A stretch of DNA of 64,000 bases from Macrostomum lignano (lineage: Eukaryota). Below, piece after piece: positions 61,161-64,000 of the stretch; position 1 is the stretch's first letter; the number at the start of each line of letters is the position of its first letter. The notes beneath the pieces are model-generated. The model did not search any database and had not been told where the DNA came from. It saw nothing but the letters and a program-made list of their open reading frames with translations. Made by a program: the position numbers and the translations under genes. The DNA is taken from positions 1-64,000 of the forward strand of contig NIVC01001697.1 in assembly GCA_002269645.1 (NCBI GenBank), read 5' to 3'.

Positions 61161-61789
61161 GTTGGCAGGTAGATGGCGAGGGAATAAAAGTTGTCTTGTA
61201 CTCGTTTGGAGTGGGATTGGATTGGAACAGGTTGCTGTTTAATTGTCTCACAGAGCTGGCAGGGGCAGCTATTCTCTACACCGTCTACTTAGTGTCAGTA
61301 GAAGAAATCGATGCATTTTAAAGCTTAAATCATGAACAAAAAATTTTCGTTAGCGAAATCAGAGATCCTATTTTAGTAGAATGAGACAAATAATTTTCCC
61401 AATCTCAATTGAAATGCTGGCTTATCCTAAATACGCTCTTACAATTCAAACTAAAATGATTGAAATCATGAATTCATTTTTTTTCAAATTATCCGGGCAA
61501 TTTTATCTTCAAGATATGCGAGCCACACAATTTTTCTCAAAATAATTATTAATTCTCAATATTTAAAATTTAGAAAAATTATCTGCAAAATAAAAATCAG
61601 AGCAATGAACGCTGCGCCAAGGCCAAGGCAGAAAAAAGGAGATTTCAAATCCCCACGGCGCGCAGCCTGGTGTAAAGTAGACGTTCTGATGACCCTCAAA
61701 TCCATGACGTACCTTGCTGCTTCTTTAATATGGTTTTATTTGAATGCGAATTGTTAGGGCAAGTAGTTAGCCATTGAGGCAAAGATGGA

Positions 61790-62105
61790 GAGGACAGGAC
61801 AGGACAGAACAGGACAGGACAGGACAGGACAGGAGAGGACAGGACAGGACAGGACAGGACAGGACAGGACAGGACAGGACAGGACAGGACAGGACAGGAC
61901 AGGACAGGACAGGACAGGACAAGACAGGACAGGAAAGGAAAGGACAGGACAGGACAGAACAGGAGTGGATAGGACAGGACAGAACAGGACAGGACAGGAC
62001 AGGACAGGACAGGACAGGACAGGACAGGACAGGACAGGACAGGACAGGACAGGACAGGACAGGACAGGAAAGGACAGGACAGGACAGGACAGAAGAGGAC
62101 AAGAC
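61790..62105. repeat. (GGACA)n pentanucleotide array
   Basis: Pure run. Confidence 0.9.
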
Positions 62106-62789
62106 AAGAGAACGGAGACCCTGGCTATGAACATCACGATGAGCCTTACTTGGCACAGAATGCATGCAGTGCAATTCCCCCCGCAGCATCATGCTTGAAT
62201 AATTATGTTAATTAGCCACCGCAGCTGAAGAATTGCTGCTAGAAAAAGAAGCTCTCAGAAGATAAAAAGAGTCAACAACAGAAAGTCACTTGTTATGTGA
62301 ATATATAGATGGTATAGTTGGGAAGTATTTTGAAGCACTTTTTTTAGACAAAAATCCCACATGAAAAATGGCAGTGTCACCAGCGCTCGGCTCTTGCGTG
62401 TCCCACCAATGCAAAAATAACAACTGACAAAATGATGAAGGATGCTGGATCAGGTTCAGCTGCCGTAGAGGCTGTGAAATCCATCCCAGTCGTGAGAGCT
62501 CATATGATATTCGTGTCAGCGAAATTTCACTCATAATTGAGTTATTAGGCTCGGCAACTGCTGGCAGATTGATTAATTATGTTGTTGGGAGCTTTCGAGG
62601 AACAGCAGACCCGCGAGCGAATCTATGAATACGCTCGTATTTTATACAGAGATTCATCTTTTCTCCGTTTCGCCTACTGAATATCAAGAACGAATTCAAT
62701 ATAAATTGAATTGATAGTTGGGGCAATTAGTCTACGCACTGAACACTTGAGGAATCTAAGGGGTTCTAAGGAAATATGAATAACATTGA

Positions 62790-63410
62790 TGGGGAATCTG
62801 GGGATTTGGGGAGTCTGGGGATTTGGGGAATCTGGGGATTTGGGGAATCTGGGGATTTGGGGAATCTGGGGAATTGGGGAATCTGGGGATTTGGGAAATC
62901 TGGGGATTTGGGGAATCTGGGGATTTGGGAAATCTGGGGATTTGGGGAATCTGGGGATTTGGGGAATCTGGGGATTTGGGGAATCTGGGGAATTGGGGAA
63001 TCTGGGGATTTGGGGAATCTGGGGATTTTGGGAATCTGGGATTTGGGGAATCTAGGGAGTTAGAGAATCTGGGGATTTGGGGAATCTGGGGTTTTAGGGA
63101 ATCTCGGGATTTGGGGAATCTGGGGATTTGGGGAATCTGGGGATTTGGGGAATCTGGGAATTTAGGGAATCTGATTTGGGTTCTGATTTGGATTTGGGGA
63201 TTTAGGGAATCTGGGGATTTGGGGAATCTGGGAATTTAGGGAATCTGGGGATTTAGGGAATCTGGGGATTTGGGGAATCTGGGGATTTGGGGAATCTGGG
63301 GATTTGGGGAATCTGGGATTTGGGGAATCTGGGGATTTAGGGAATCTGGGGATTTGGGGAATCTGGGATTTGGGGAATCTTGGGATTTGGGGAATGGGGG
63401 GATTCGGGGA
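62790..63410. repeat. 17-bp minisatellite (ggggaatctggggattt)
   Basis: Visible tandem units. Confidence 0.9.
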
Positions 63411-64000
63411 ATAAAGATCTAATGTCTTTGAGTCTGTAAAACTATTTTATCTATGTGTTGGGATATTTAAATTTTTGCCACATCGAATATGTAAAATTTG
63501 GATTTCTTTAAAATATATTGACGATTTTTAAGGAATTTCCCAAAGTCTAATAAACCTGAGGAATAATAAAAATTTACAGTTTGTCCTATTCTGATCACTG
63601 CTAGATGGATCATGTTATTGATAGGGGGCCTTGTCTAATGGGGACCGGACTGCCTGTCACCAATCATCTAATTAAGTTTTTGATGTTTTGATGCTGGGAC
63701 TGATGACAGGGAAGAACAGCATTTCTCCAAATCCAAGTCCGGGCATAGGGGGTCGATTGTTTCTTGTCAAAAGTATAATCTCAGATTTTGTTGATTCGGC
63801 TTGACAAGTTGTTTTTAGTGGTTTTTGCAGTTCCCAGCCACCAAGAGTTAACATTTAGCCCAGCTCGAGATCAGAGGTTTCCAATCCAAATTTTATATAT
63901 TAGACATCTTTGATCCGATCCAAATTTGAGCCAGCCGTTTCCGGTTTGAATCCCGGATTTTAGACATCCTTGATTTTGGACAGTTGTTTTTTGTCCATGG

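Noticed and set aside
61560-61710. Ankyrin-like STLHQAARRGDL on the minus strand
   Set aside because: A single short match without exon boundaries or a second repeat.
62380-62484. Short minus-strand ORF with a signal-like segment (SFIILSVVIFALVGHARAE)
   Set aside because: Only ~35 codons, a weak donor, and no linkable downstream exon.

Overview
Animal (metazoan) nuclear genomic DNA, not prokaryotic. It has GC-rich spliced coding exons, introns packed with minisatellites, and many transposon remnants. The overall style resembles the flatworm Macrostomum, but this is inference and the species cannot be confirmed from the sequence. Genes reconstructed by hand with splice sites: acylglycerol kinase (minus, runs off the left edge, frameshifted); a six-finger C2H2 zinc-finger gene (minus); an intronless, divergent RPL32 (plus); an unannotated 3-exon 78-aa microgene (plus); an otopetrin proton channel (plus); and three tandem paralogs (minus) encoding UPF0489/C5orf22-like, arginase-motif proteins that carry an N-terminal type II membrane anchor. 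Mobile DNA: a near-intact APE+RT LINE (RTE-like) plus two fragments, an RNase H-type LINE tail, two tRNA-SINE families (one with a CORE-like domain), three MITEs with visible TIRs/TSDs, and a Helitron-like candidate. Best leads: (1) the membrane-anchored UPF0489 metallohydrolase-like cluster; (2) two sharply bounded CpG deserts with TpA excess, suggesting heavy localized cytosine deamination; (3) introns built from multimerized splice signals. No rRNA, functional tRNA or CRISPR was found. Several single-base frameshifts suggest an indel-prone assembly. All counts are by eye.
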